A stretch of DNA of 64,000 nucleotides from a virus: IMG/VR virus record IMGVR_UViG_3300032401_000002, positions 64,001 to 128,000 of that record. The stretch is one strand, 5' to 3'. Below the pieces are notes generated by a model that was not told the origin of the DNA, did no database searches, and worked only from the letters and a program-made list of their open reading frames with translations. A program made the position numbers and the translations under genes. Positions 54,550-63,048 of the stretch are shown here, in pieces. Position 1 is the first letter of the stretch. Each line of letters begins with the position of its first letter.

Positions 54550-56547
54550 TCAACGACCTGTTAAGCCCGTATAATGGCCACCTTGCGGATACGATTGATA
54601 CAATCCGGGGGTGCGAAGCTCTTGCATTCCAGTCAGATGAACTGGCTTGCCTAGGTGTTCTTGTGCCGCATGAATGACATCATGGACGCCAACCTGATTG
54701 CCCCACTGGTTGCCGTACAAGCCATAGCCACCACCGTCGATAGTAGGGACTGCCCACCCTGACATAGTGTGTAGCTCCTCATCTCCTTGCTGGTGACGCT
54801 TCTTGAACTCTTCCTCCAAGTGGGGGTGGCCCAGTCCGTGCCACCCCTTGCCCCGCCATCTCAGGTTCTCCTCGGGTTCGGACATGAACTCCTTGCCATC
54901 CGACACGAATCGGTGCGCCCCCTTCCAGCCACTCCAGGTCTGAGGGCCATAAGGCATAGGAGCACCGTCCTTCCAGATAGCACTCCAGTCACCCTTGTTC
55001 TCGAAGTCAGCCGATCCCCAGTCGTCTCTGTTCTCAAGGGTGCCACTCCAGTCATGGAAGTCGCGCTGGTCTGAAGTCTTACTGAGTGTTCCAGTGAAGC
55101 GGTGATCTGTGCCCTCGTTCCCGCGAGCAAAGCGAAGGTACTTGAACTCTACGGGGATCTTCGAGTCCAGCTTCGGAAGTTCGTCATCCCAGTCGTAGGC
55201 CAGTGTGATGTGAGGCGTCCAGCCATACTCGTCCGACACGTTGAAGCCAGCCTCGTTGCAGGCAGTCGTTAACTCGTGACGTAGCTCAGCCAACTGCGGG
55301 ATCGCAGGAGCAGCCCATAGCACTGGCTCTTCGTTGCTGAAGACGCCATAGCCGCCGATCTCGCCGCTCAGGGCAGGGAACTTCTTGGCGAACTGGGCTA
55401 CGATCTCCTCGACCTCGTCCCAGTCATCACGGTCGGCAGCCTTGTCCGTGAAGTAGCACAGCGTGATGTGCATCATGTCTACCGGCTCGCCACCCTCGAT
55501 CTTGATCTTCTCCCCGACCTTCTTGGGTAGGAAGACCGCGATCATGGCCCCTGACATATCAGCATCGGCCTTCTTGCGCAAAGGACGTAGGAGCCGCTTT
55601 AAGGCTCTGAACTTACTATCCGGGGTGTCTATGCCAACAAGCCCTACGTGCTCCTTAGGAGCCGCTACAGAGGCGTACAGACCCCCTCTAGCAGTGTTTC
55701 CCAGGTGATCTTGCGCCCATGCGGCGCTGGCGGCATGATCTACAAGCGTTGAGGGGTCTGTGCTGAACTCGACTCCGAGATTCTCGTGGTCTTCCTGAAC
55801 GGTCGGAAGGTAGATCTGAGAGTCAGGATAGAGCTTGGCAACTTCGGCCTTGACCTCCTGGATGACCTTGATCGGTGTATCGATACGTGATACTTCGATC
55901 TCGACGGCATCGCCCTCGGGGATCGCGTACCCAAGGTAGTCCTTGCCTCTTACGGTCACGCGGCCCCAGGTGTCCGAGGCTGCTTCGTCATGAGTCGGAC
56001 GCTGATCTTCGCCAGTCTGCCACAAGAGCAACCCCTCGGGATCGCCATAAATCCACTTTACGATCTTGCCCTCCCCTGCGTGTGGGTCGGGCGCGAAGGC
56101 GTCATCCCATTCGAACGCCAGCTTGGGCTGCTTGAAGGAAGCGATCTTAGCCTTCCGCGCCACGCTTCCGGGGAAGTTGTCTTCGAACCAGTCGAACACA
56201 CCTTGGGGGATCTCGGCCTTGTAGTACGCCTGGATGAGTACCACGGGAGGAGCTACCATCGTACCGTCGAGCTTCTTCTCGGCGGGGATGAACTGAGCCA
56301 GCCCTAGAATGTCTCCCGATTGCGCGGAAGGTTCTCGACCCATCTGGATCTCTAGCTGTCCACGATGGCTGCCAGGCTGATCTTCCATCGTCAGCCTACC
56401 ATCTACGCCGCCCTTGACCCTCCAGACGTGAGTCTGGTTGGTCTGAGCATCAAACCCCCACTTGAAGTTGTACGGCCAAGCAGGGTCGAACTCCTCGGGT
56501 GATCCGATGGTGTTGTCTACTTGGGGTATGGGCTTCCAGTCATCCAT
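54550..56547 (-). CDS. Multidomain protein with 2H phosphoesterase (2'-5' RNA ligase/Acb1-like) domain
   Basis: Two HxT motifs, 'MHITLCY' and 'TPHITLAY', about 86 aa apart. Confidence 0.8.
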   Translation of the reverse strand: MDDWKPIPQVDNTIGSPEEFDPAWPYNFKWGFDAQTNQTHVWRVKGGVDGRLTMEDQPGSHRGQLEIQMGREPSAQSGDILGLAQFIPAEKKLDGTMVAPPVVLIQAYYKAEIPQGVFDWFEDNFPGSVARKAKIASFKQPKLAFEWDDAFAPDPHAGEGKIVKWIYGDPEGLLLWQTGEDQRPTHDEAASDTWGRVTVRGKDYLGYAIPEGDAVEIEVSRIDTPIKVIQEVKAEVAKLYPDSQIYLPTVQEDHENLGVEFSTDPSTLVDHAASAAWAQDHLGNTARGGLYASVAAPKEHVGLVGIDTPDSKFRALKRLLRPLRKKADADMSGAMIAVFLPKKVGEKIKIEGGEPVDMMHITLCYFTDKAADRDDWDEVEEIVAQFAKKFPALSGEIGGYGVFSNEEPVLWAAPAIPQLAELRHELTTACNEAGFNVSDEYGWTPHITLAYDWDDELPKLDSKIPVEFKYLRFARGNEGTDHRFTGTLSKTSDQRDFHDWSGTLENRDDWGSADFENKGDWSAIWKDGAPMPYGPQTWSGWKGAHRFVSDGKEFMSEPEENLRWRGKGWHGLGHPHLEEEFKKRHQQGDEELHTMSGWAVPTIDGGGYGLYGNQWGNQVGVHDVIHAAQEHLGKPVHLTGMQELRTPGLYQSYPQGGHYTGLTGR

Positions 56548-56556
56548 GTCTACTCC

Positions 56557-57393
56557 TTATCGGACAGATACCGACCCGCCATAAGCTGGCTCGACCGAAT
56601 CTCTGAAAGCTCCATTGACGCCAGCGCGTTGAAGATTGACACCTTCAGCTTGCAAGGACGCCGGAATAGCTGAGTATCCAGACCGAAGAACCTTCGACCC
56701 GCCCTGAGAGTTCTTGGCTGCCGCAAACGCATAGTCGGCATCGGACACAACGATAGTCGCGGACGCGATACCAACGTTGTTGTTGTTAGACCAAGTCTGA
56801 GCCGGAATCTGCAAAGTGTTGCCAGGCCCTACAGTCTTGCGGAGGTTTGGCCAAACCAGCGGCCTGAATAACAAAGATGAACCGCTGGGGAGTGGATCAT
56901 TCACGTCGTAAGCGTAGGGATTGGTAGCTGGGCTGGTGGTAATCTGCAAGGCCCCACTGCTATACATGAAGTAGCTCAGCACCATGTCTGTGTCGTAGAC
57001 ACCAACAGGAGATGCGGCCAACGTGGGGGTTGTAGTGACACTGCCAGCCACCGTGGTGGGTGAGCTTACCGTCCAGGATTGCGACCCCAACATTCTGATC
57101 GTGTGGTCGGATACCCACCATGTGACTGTCGCTCCACCGCAAGTGAATGTGTAGCTTGTGTCCGAAACTCCTCTGATTCCCCAATACAGTGCCACCCTAC
57201 CGCCACCCCCGTCGTAGGTGTGGATGTGCGTCCATGAACCTGTGCCGGGAGGGGTAATAGTGTTGAATCCGCTGAGTAGGTGACAAACCACCATCAAGTC
57301 ACCTGTCTGGCACAAAGCCGAGGGCGAGTACGTACGTGATGTAACACCACTGGCCTGACCGCCGCCTTGCTGGAACTCTACCCTGGCGTACAT
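56557..57393 (-). CDS. Fibre/receptor-binding partner protein B2
   Basis: 278 aa, beta-rich, paralogous to 58331..59251. Confidence 0.55.
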   Translation of the reverse strand: MYARVEFQQGGGQASGVTSRTYSPSALCQTGDLMVVCHLLSGFNTITPPGTGSWTHIHTYDGGGGRVALYWGIRGVSDTSYTFTCGGATVTWWVSDHTIRMLGSQSWTVSSPTTVAGSVTTTPTLAASPVGVYDTDMVLSYFMYSSGALQITTSPATNPYAYDVNDPLPSGSSLLFRPLVWPNLRKTVGPGNTLQIPAQTWSNNNNVGIASATIVVSDADYAFAAAKNSQGGSKVLRSGYSAIPASLQAEGVNLQRAGVNGAFRDSVEPAYGGSVSVR

Positions 57394-58331
57394 TAGCTAG
57401 ACGTGTCCCACGTCGTTGTCTCGATGACATAGACGCCTGAGTTGCCCGATGTCTTTACGACCATGAAGGAGCGGCCAGCATAGTCACCCGACCCGTTAAA
57501 CGTGTCTCCGTCGTTGAGATTCGCGATGACGTGCAGGAAGTGGTAGAACCCCCGCATGTAGCCTCGGATGTACCCAGCGACCTCTGTGATGTACACTTTG
57601 GACAAGTACAGACCACCATCAGGAGCGTTCGGGAAGAGTTGTGTCCCGGCCAGAATCGTTGTGCTACCGCGACCCGGATCTCCGACCTTGCCAACATTGA
57701 TCGATCCTCCTATTCCTGTGTACGATGCCGCCATGTAGTTACCCGCGACGACGCTGAAGCCGGATGCAGTCACGTCTAGTTTGTCCACTGTGGTTGTCGC
57801 CGAGTTCTCCGCGTTGCGGCCCCAGATTCCAGCCTTGAGTGCATCTCCCGACTGGTAGGAGTAGATGTCTCCGAATCCAAATGCCAAAGCAAAGCCCGCG
57901 TTGTCAGCGGTGAAGACGAACAAGTATACCGTTCGAGTGTCTGCCACGCAGATCCATGTTCGGGCAGTCGCGCCGCCGTCAGCTTCGGCAGACTTGCGGA
58001 TTGTGATCCCGGTAGCTAGCTGACCCACCGTAGGGAACTGACCTGTTCCGGCCCCGATGCCGGACGAGGTCGCGAACCCAAACGCACGGGCCTCCTTACC
58101 CAACGACGTAACGTTCGGGCCAGCGTCATGAACAGACAAGATGAGCTTGTTGGACGTGCCTCCCTGCTGGTAGTCTCGCTTGTTGGTAGCCGTCTGGGCA
58201 ATCGTCCACCCCGCTGCTGCCTTAATCCCATACCCGTTGACCAGAATGGCGTCGAGTGCTGTTGTGAGCGAACCCTGTGTCGAGTTGATCACGGGGGCGC
58301 TTGCGTCTGAGCTTCTGTATACGGTAGGCAT
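57393..58331 (-). CDS. Virion structural protein, paralogue A3
   Basis: 'VYRSSDASAP...LDAILVNGYG...AAGWT...WDTSS'. Confidence 0.7.
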   Translation of the reverse strand: MPTVYRSSDASAPVINSTQGSLTTALDAILVNGYGIKAAAGWTIAQTATNKRDYQQGGTSNKLILSVHDAGPNVTSLGKEARAFGFATSSGIGAGTGQFPTVGQLATGITIRKSAEADGGATARTWICVADTRTVYLFVFTADNAGFALAFGFGDIYSYQSGDALKAGIWGRNAENSATTTVDKLDVTASGFSVVAGNYMAASYTGIGGSINVGKVGDPGRGSTTILAGTQLFPNAPDGGLYLSKVYITEVAGYIRGYMRGFYHFLHVIANLNDGDTFNGSGDYAGRSFMVVKTSGNSGVYVIETTTWDTSS

Positions 58332-59251
58332 TACTGTAGCTTCACTCCTCCTCCGAACTTGTCCTTAAGTGTGGTCTTCCAGGATCTGGCTAATGTGCTG
58401 ATTCCTGCTCCCACCCTCGACGGAATGCCAGGCTGTGGGCCACTAAGGATGACCCCTTTCTTGGCTCCAATGAAGTTCTTGGTGGGTGTGGCGTGTTGTG
58501 CCACATTGGCGAAGCTGCCAGCGGTATGGCACTTTCTTGACTGGATGTCTGGGTTGAGAACAGTAAGGCCCTGGCCCGTTGTGTAGTAGTTGGGGTCATC
58601 TACCTCTGTTATCGTGAAGTGCAAGAGCGTATGTTCTCCGACGTTGCCATGAGTGTGAGTGAAGCCCGCTGGAGACGTGCTAACTGCTTGCCTGTAGAGC
58701 ATGTTGTAGATAGTGAATGATCCGCCAGTGCCTCCAATAGAGCCTACGTTCCAACCCGCCAAAGCGGGCCACGATGGTGATGCTCCTTGCGTACCTCGAT
58801 AAGACCCCGTGGCTATCTCAAGGTCATCTAATGTTGTACCCGCGCAGGCTGCATATTCAGCATCCAAGTCTGCCCCTTCAGCAGACCCTGCCACCGTATT
58901 GAATGAAAGTTTCTTGCCCAAGGTGGGGGTGCGAATAGTGCTTACTTGCCATCCGATGTAAATGTTGCCCGTGGCTTGAGTCACTGTGATCGTTAGTCCA
59001 TCCGACACAGCATACGTTTTAGCGTATATCATGACAGGGAAGTTGCCGCCCGCTGACTGGTCGTTCTGGCGCTTGATAAGCGTCCAGCCTGCTGGGAAGC
59101 TGATATCTGGTGCGTTGCTGGCACTGACCGGCGCGACGAAGATCATTACCAGTTCGCCGGGGATTGGAGCAACCCCAGTGATGTCAATGGCGACAGACGA
59201 TACAGGGCCAACGTTGGCCTGTATCTGTTTCCGAATCTGGACGACACCCAT
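58331..59251 (-). CDS. Fibre/receptor-binding partner protein B1
   Basis: 306 aa with 'GELVMIFV...PAGWTLI', paralogous to 56557..57393. Confidence 0.55.
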   Translation of the reverse strand: MGVVQIRKQIQANVGPVSSVAIDITGVAPIPGELVMIFVAPVSASNAPDISFPAGWTLIKRQNDQSAGGNFPVMIYAKTYAVSDGLTITVTQATGNIYIGWQVSTIRTPTLGKKLSFNTVAGSAEGADLDAEYAACAGTTLDDLEIATGSYRGTQGASPSWPALAGWNVGSIGGTGGSFTIYNMLYRQAVSTSPAGFTHTHGNVGEHTLLHFTITEVDDPNYYTTGQGLTVLNPDIQSRKCHTAGSFANVAQHATPTKNFIGAKKGVILSGPQPGIPSRVGAGISTLARSWKTTLKDKFGGGVKLQ

Positions 59252-60228
59252 TAGCTACTCGTGTCCCAATCACTCGTCTCTACGCAATATAAGCCAAAGT
59301 TGCCCGTTAGCTTCAAGAACATGAATGTCTTCCCGGCGTATTCTCCCGATCCACCTACGTACGTATCTTGGTCAATAACACTGGCAACGGGGTGTGGGAA
59401 GTGATATAGACCACGCAGGTACCCACGACGATTGGGCTGTGGAGTCGTGACCGGGTCGATGATATGCAGTCTAGACAACCAGCCCGCGTTGGTGACCGGG
59501 TCTGGGAAGACGTACTGGCCAAACGTGCCGCTAGTCGTGGACGCTGTCTGAACGGCAGATACGTCACCCACTTTGCCGACGTTGACCGCCCCGCCCAAGC
59601 CAGTGTAGCCACGAGCTATGTAGTGTCCAGTTCGCGCGGCTTGGGTGCTTGAGGCCATCGACATCACATCGAGGTTCTCGGTGGCGGCTACACCTGTGTT
59701 CTCCGAGGCTCGCGCTATCAGCATGTTCCTGTACCCATCGCCCGTCAGGTACGAGTAGATTTCGCCGAACATGGTGGCGTAATAGGTACCAGCCGTGTCG
59801 CCAGTCTGGATGAAGAGGTAGAATGTACGGTTGTCAGCGACAGCGACCCAAGGTCTAGTAGTGGCACTCAATGCGGCGCTCTTGCGAAGGAACAATCCGT
59901 TGGCGAACTGAGCCGCCGTGGGGAACAAGCCCGTCCCGGTGCTCACGTCTGTCATCGTCTCGAATCCACGTATGCGAGCTTCTAGGAAACTGCCCGCTCC
60001 TGGCCCCGCATCGTTCACGTCCAAGTAGAACTGGTTACCCCCTCCTTGGCGGAAGGCCGCTCGCGTTGATGAGTTACCAGCAAATCCAGTTTGGCGAGTC
60101 CACCCTGCGGCCGTCATCGACCCATAGCCAGACACCAAGATCTTGTCTAGTAGGTTGATCAGACTCCCTGTCTGACCGTCAATGACGGGTGCGCTGGTGT
60201 CTGTTGACCGATAAACTCGTACGGTCAC
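59251..60228 (-). CDS. Virion structural protein, paralogue A2
   Basis: 'MTVRVYRSTDTSAP...LLDKILVSGYG...AGWT...RGYLRGLY...WDTSS'. Confidence 0.7.
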   Translation of the reverse strand: MTVRVYRSTDTSAPVIDGQTGSLINLLDKILVSGYGSMTAAGWTRQTGFAGNSSTRAAFRQGGGNQFYLDVNDAGPGAGSFLEARIRGFETMTDVSTGTGLFPTAAQFANGLFLRKSAALSATTRPWVAVADNRTFYLFIQTGDTAGTYYATMFGEIYSYLTGDGYRNMLIARASENTGVAATENLDVMSMASSTQAARTGHYIARGYTGLGGAVNVGKVGDVSAVQTASTTSGTFGQYVFPDPVTNAGWLSRLHIIDPVTTPQPNRRGYLRGLYHFPHPVASVIDQDTYVGGSGEYAGKTFMFLKLTGNFGLYCVETSDWDTSS

Positions 60229-61559
60229 GCCGACGTATCCCAGGTGTTGCTAATCTCTACGCAAGCCACGCCGCCCGTTCCGAAGATCTTGATGATCATG
60301 AAGGTGCGCCCAGCGAACTCGGTGCCCGCTGCACCCACGAACGTGTCACCATCAACGACACCCGCAACGGGGTGCAAGAACTGATACAAGCCCCGCAGAT
60401 ACCCACGACGCTGGTTGACGGGAGTTGCCGTGAATCCATGCGTGTAGACGCGACTCAGGTAGAGCGCGCCATCGACTGGGTTGGGGAACGGACACGTCCC
60501 TGAGAACGCGGTTGATCCACTGCTCATAGCAGGATCGCCCATCTTCTGGAAGGCTTCAGATCCACCCAGGCCGTGGTAAGCTCTTGCCCAGTAATGCCCA
60601 CCCAAGGATGAACCTATGAGTATAACTAGCCCACCCAAGCACTCAACAGAGGCGACCACTGTGGCTACGTTCTCTGTGTCTCGTGCGATAAGGGCTGTCT
60701 TGAATCCATCGCCCGACAAGTAAGAGTAGATCTCGCCGAACATGAACGATGTGTATTGGCCCCCGGCCTCCGACTGGATGAAGACGTATACGGTACGCTC
60801 GTCTGCAACAACGTACCAAATGCGGGCTGCCTGGTTGGTGCCCGCCACGGCCTTGCGAGCGTACATATTGGTTGCCCTTTGAGTCGTGGTCGGGAACTGG
60901 CCGGTGCCTACCGTGGCGGAAGTCGCTACCTCGAAGCCGCTCACTCTGGCCTCAGTCGAAAGACCGGCACCAGGAGCGTTGTCCAACACGTTGAGATAGA
61001 ACTGGTTTCCCGCTCCTTGGCGATACATGGCCACATTGGTGCCAGAGAAGGGCTTCGTCCAGCCTGCTCCGACTGTAGTGTCCGTCCCTGATCCGCCAGT
61101 CAGCGTGGCACCGCTTAGTGTGATCTGAGCCGCGCTCTTAGAGATCGCGATGGAGTTTCCTGCTGTGCCACCCTTGTACGCCGTCAATGTCAGAACACTC
61201 GACGTTAAGGCAGACACGAAGACGTTGGTCTGCTGAGTCGTGCCCGTTCCGTAGTTGGTGTTACGGACACCAGAATCGGCAATGGCCGCAGCCAGGTTCG
61301 ACAAGTTGGTGGCTGCCGACACACCGATAAGAACCTGGTTGGCGCTCGGCGTCAGCGCCGTCTTCCAGGTGTACGTGATGCCGTCAATCGTGATGGTATC
61401 TCCGTCCGACACTGTGGTGCCGACAGTAACAGTGGCCGAAGCGCGAGTTGATCCATACCCGTTTACCAAACAGGCATCAAGAAGCTGGGTGAGAGCGCCA
61501 GCATGAGAAGTGACGATTGGTGCGTTAGTGTCGGTTGACTTGTAGACCCTTACGGTCAT
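60225..61559 (-). CDS. Virion structural protein, paralogue A1 (with ~125 aa insertion)
   Basis: 'MTVRVYKSTDTNAP...LLDACLVNGYG[insertion]GAGWT...RGYLRGLY...WDTSA'. Confidence 0.7.
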   Translation of the reverse strand: MTVRVYKSTDTNAPIVTSHAGALTQLLDACLVNGYGSTRASATVTVGTTVSDGDTITIDGITYTWKTALTPSANQVLIGVSAATNLSNLAAAIADSGVRNTNYGTGTTQQTNVFVSALTSSVLTLTAYKGGTAGNSIAISKSAAQITLSGATLTGGSGTDTTVGAGWTKPFSGTNVAMYRQGAGNQFYLNVLDNAPGAGLSTEARVSGFEVATSATVGTGQFPTTTQRATNMYARKAVAGTNQAARIWYVVADERTVYVFIQSEAGGQYTSFMFGEIYSYLSGDGFKTALIARDTENVATVVASVECLGGLVILIGSSLGGHYWARAYHGLGGSEAFQKMGDPAMSSGSTAFSGTCPFPNPVDGALYLSRVYTHGFTATPVNQRRGYLRGLYQFLHPVAGVVDGDTFVGAAGTEFAGRTFMIIKIFGTGGVACVEISNTWDTSA

Positions 61560-63046
61560 TACTGCCCCTTACCTTCGAGAGTGACTGTCCATACGCTTGG
61601 GCCTATACCCACGCTCGTCCAGTTGAGACGAACTAGCTCTCCAGAGGTTACGGTGCCGAGGCTCGTCGTTATGACGTGCTCGGCTACCCCTGCGGCTAGC
61701 GTCATGGTTGATACAGTGGTGGGCGTGAATGCGCCACCACCTGGTGACTTCTGTAGCTGAATTGTCGTAGCTGGGCTACCCGTGACGGCCACATTCTCGA
61801 CTCGGAGCACGAGTCTCTGGAGGTTGTACGTCTTAGATACACCGTTCTCGTACGGGATACGCCAAACTCCACCGGCAGGCCCTAGACCCGCAGGCACTGC
61901 ATCGCCCTGCCACAGCACGGACAAGTTGGTCTTCGGGACGATGTTGGCAACCAGCACCCAGACTCCACCCGACTTGTTGTATACGTCGCCGTTGGATGTG
62001 TCGAGGTAGTTGTCGCCCTCTAGCCCAAGACTGTTCGACGGGACGCCACTTCCGGTGAACCACTTGGTGCCTCGGGGTGGTGCCAAAGGTGTGTGAATGT
62101 GTGATACATGAGTACCACCAGAGTGAACGAAGTGGATTGTCTTGTTCGAGTTCGAGTCGGTAACCGCATACACCTTCACTACGATGCGATCAGTGGTGGC
62201 TACAGGTGTCCCCACAGTCGTGACGTACCCTAGATCAGACTGAAGCGTGACCGTTGTATCGTTGATGTCGCCAGAGTAGATGCTGAAGATCTCTGTCTCG
62301 GTGCCGCCAACCGTTCTCGTGTAGACACGGAAGCGAAGCTGGGAAATCTGAGCCGCATTCGATACGTATCTGTAGAAGCTAAACTCCCACAGTCCAGGCG
62401 GGATCTGGTTTCCCGTGTTGAGATCATCAGACGTGATGTACGAGTCGAGAAGGACTTCTCCACTTGCGTTCGTTATGGTTACCTGATCATCATCTTCGGC
62501 CACCTGGGTGGGCGTTGTGGACAGGGTCACGTAAGCAGGAACCGCAACGTCGGCTGTGTCCTGGAAGAACAACAATCTGCCTGTGGTCGAACCCGTTGCT
62601 CCAGTGGCACCAGTCGGGCCTTTGATGTTCGCCACCAAAGTGTATGCCCCCAACACGCGCTCGTACACGTCACCAGTTACAGAATCTAGGTAGTAGTCTC
62701 CGTCTACGCCCAGTCCGTTCGAGGGCGTACCCGACCCCGTACGCCAGACCGTGCCGTCCATACCGATGATACCGTCAGCGCCCGGTGGCCCCTTGATGTT
62801 GGCCGTCAGAACATAGACCCCGCCAGTCTTCTCGTACACGTCGCCGTTGGTCTCGTTAAGGTAGAAGTCACCGTTGACTCCGAGACCATTCGACGGCACA
62901 CCGGGGCCTGAGCGCCATGCTGATCCGCCCCCGCCTCCCCCACCGACACCAAGGTCTTCGAGGGCTTCCTGGATGCCGTCGATCATCGTGCCGACGTAGG
63001 GGATTCCCGTCCATGGGTTGGGGACTGAGATGTAGGGTAATGCCAT
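61559..63046 (-). CDS. Fibre protein with three W..G.G.PSN.LG..GD.YL repeats and short collagen segments
   Basis: 495 aa with repeats plus GPPGADG and GPTGATG. Confidence 0.7.
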   Translation of the reverse strand: MALPYISVPNPWTGIPYVGTMIDGIQEALEDLGVGGGGGGGSAWRSGPGVPSNGLGVNGDFYLNETNGDVYEKTGGVYVLTANIKGPPGADGIIGMDGTVWRTGSGTPSNGLGVDGDYYLDSVTGDVYERVLGAYTLVANIKGPTGATGATGSTTGRLLFFQDTADVAVPAYVTLSTTPTQVAEDDDQVTITNASGEVLLDSYITSDDLNTGNQIPPGLWEFSFYRYVSNAAQISQLRFRVYTRTVGGTETEIFSIYSGDINDTTVTLQSDLGYVTTVGTPVATTDRIVVKVYAVTDSNSNKTIHFVHSGGTHVSHIHTPLAPPRGTKWFTGSGVPSNSLGLEGDNYLDTSNGDVYNKSGGVWVLVANIVPKTNLSVLWQGDAVPAGLGPAGGVWRIPYENGVSKTYNLQRLVLRVENVAVTGSPATTIQLQKSPGGGAFTPTTVSTMTLAAGVAEHVITTSLGTVTSGELVRLNWTSVGIGPSVWTVTLEGKGQ

Positions 63047-63048
63047 AG

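Noticed and set aside
56557-61559. Diversity-generating retroelement or invertible fibre cassette behind the paralogues
   Set aside because: No reverse transcriptase, invertase, inverted repeats or near-identical TR/VR pair is visible. The paralogues are diverged throughout.
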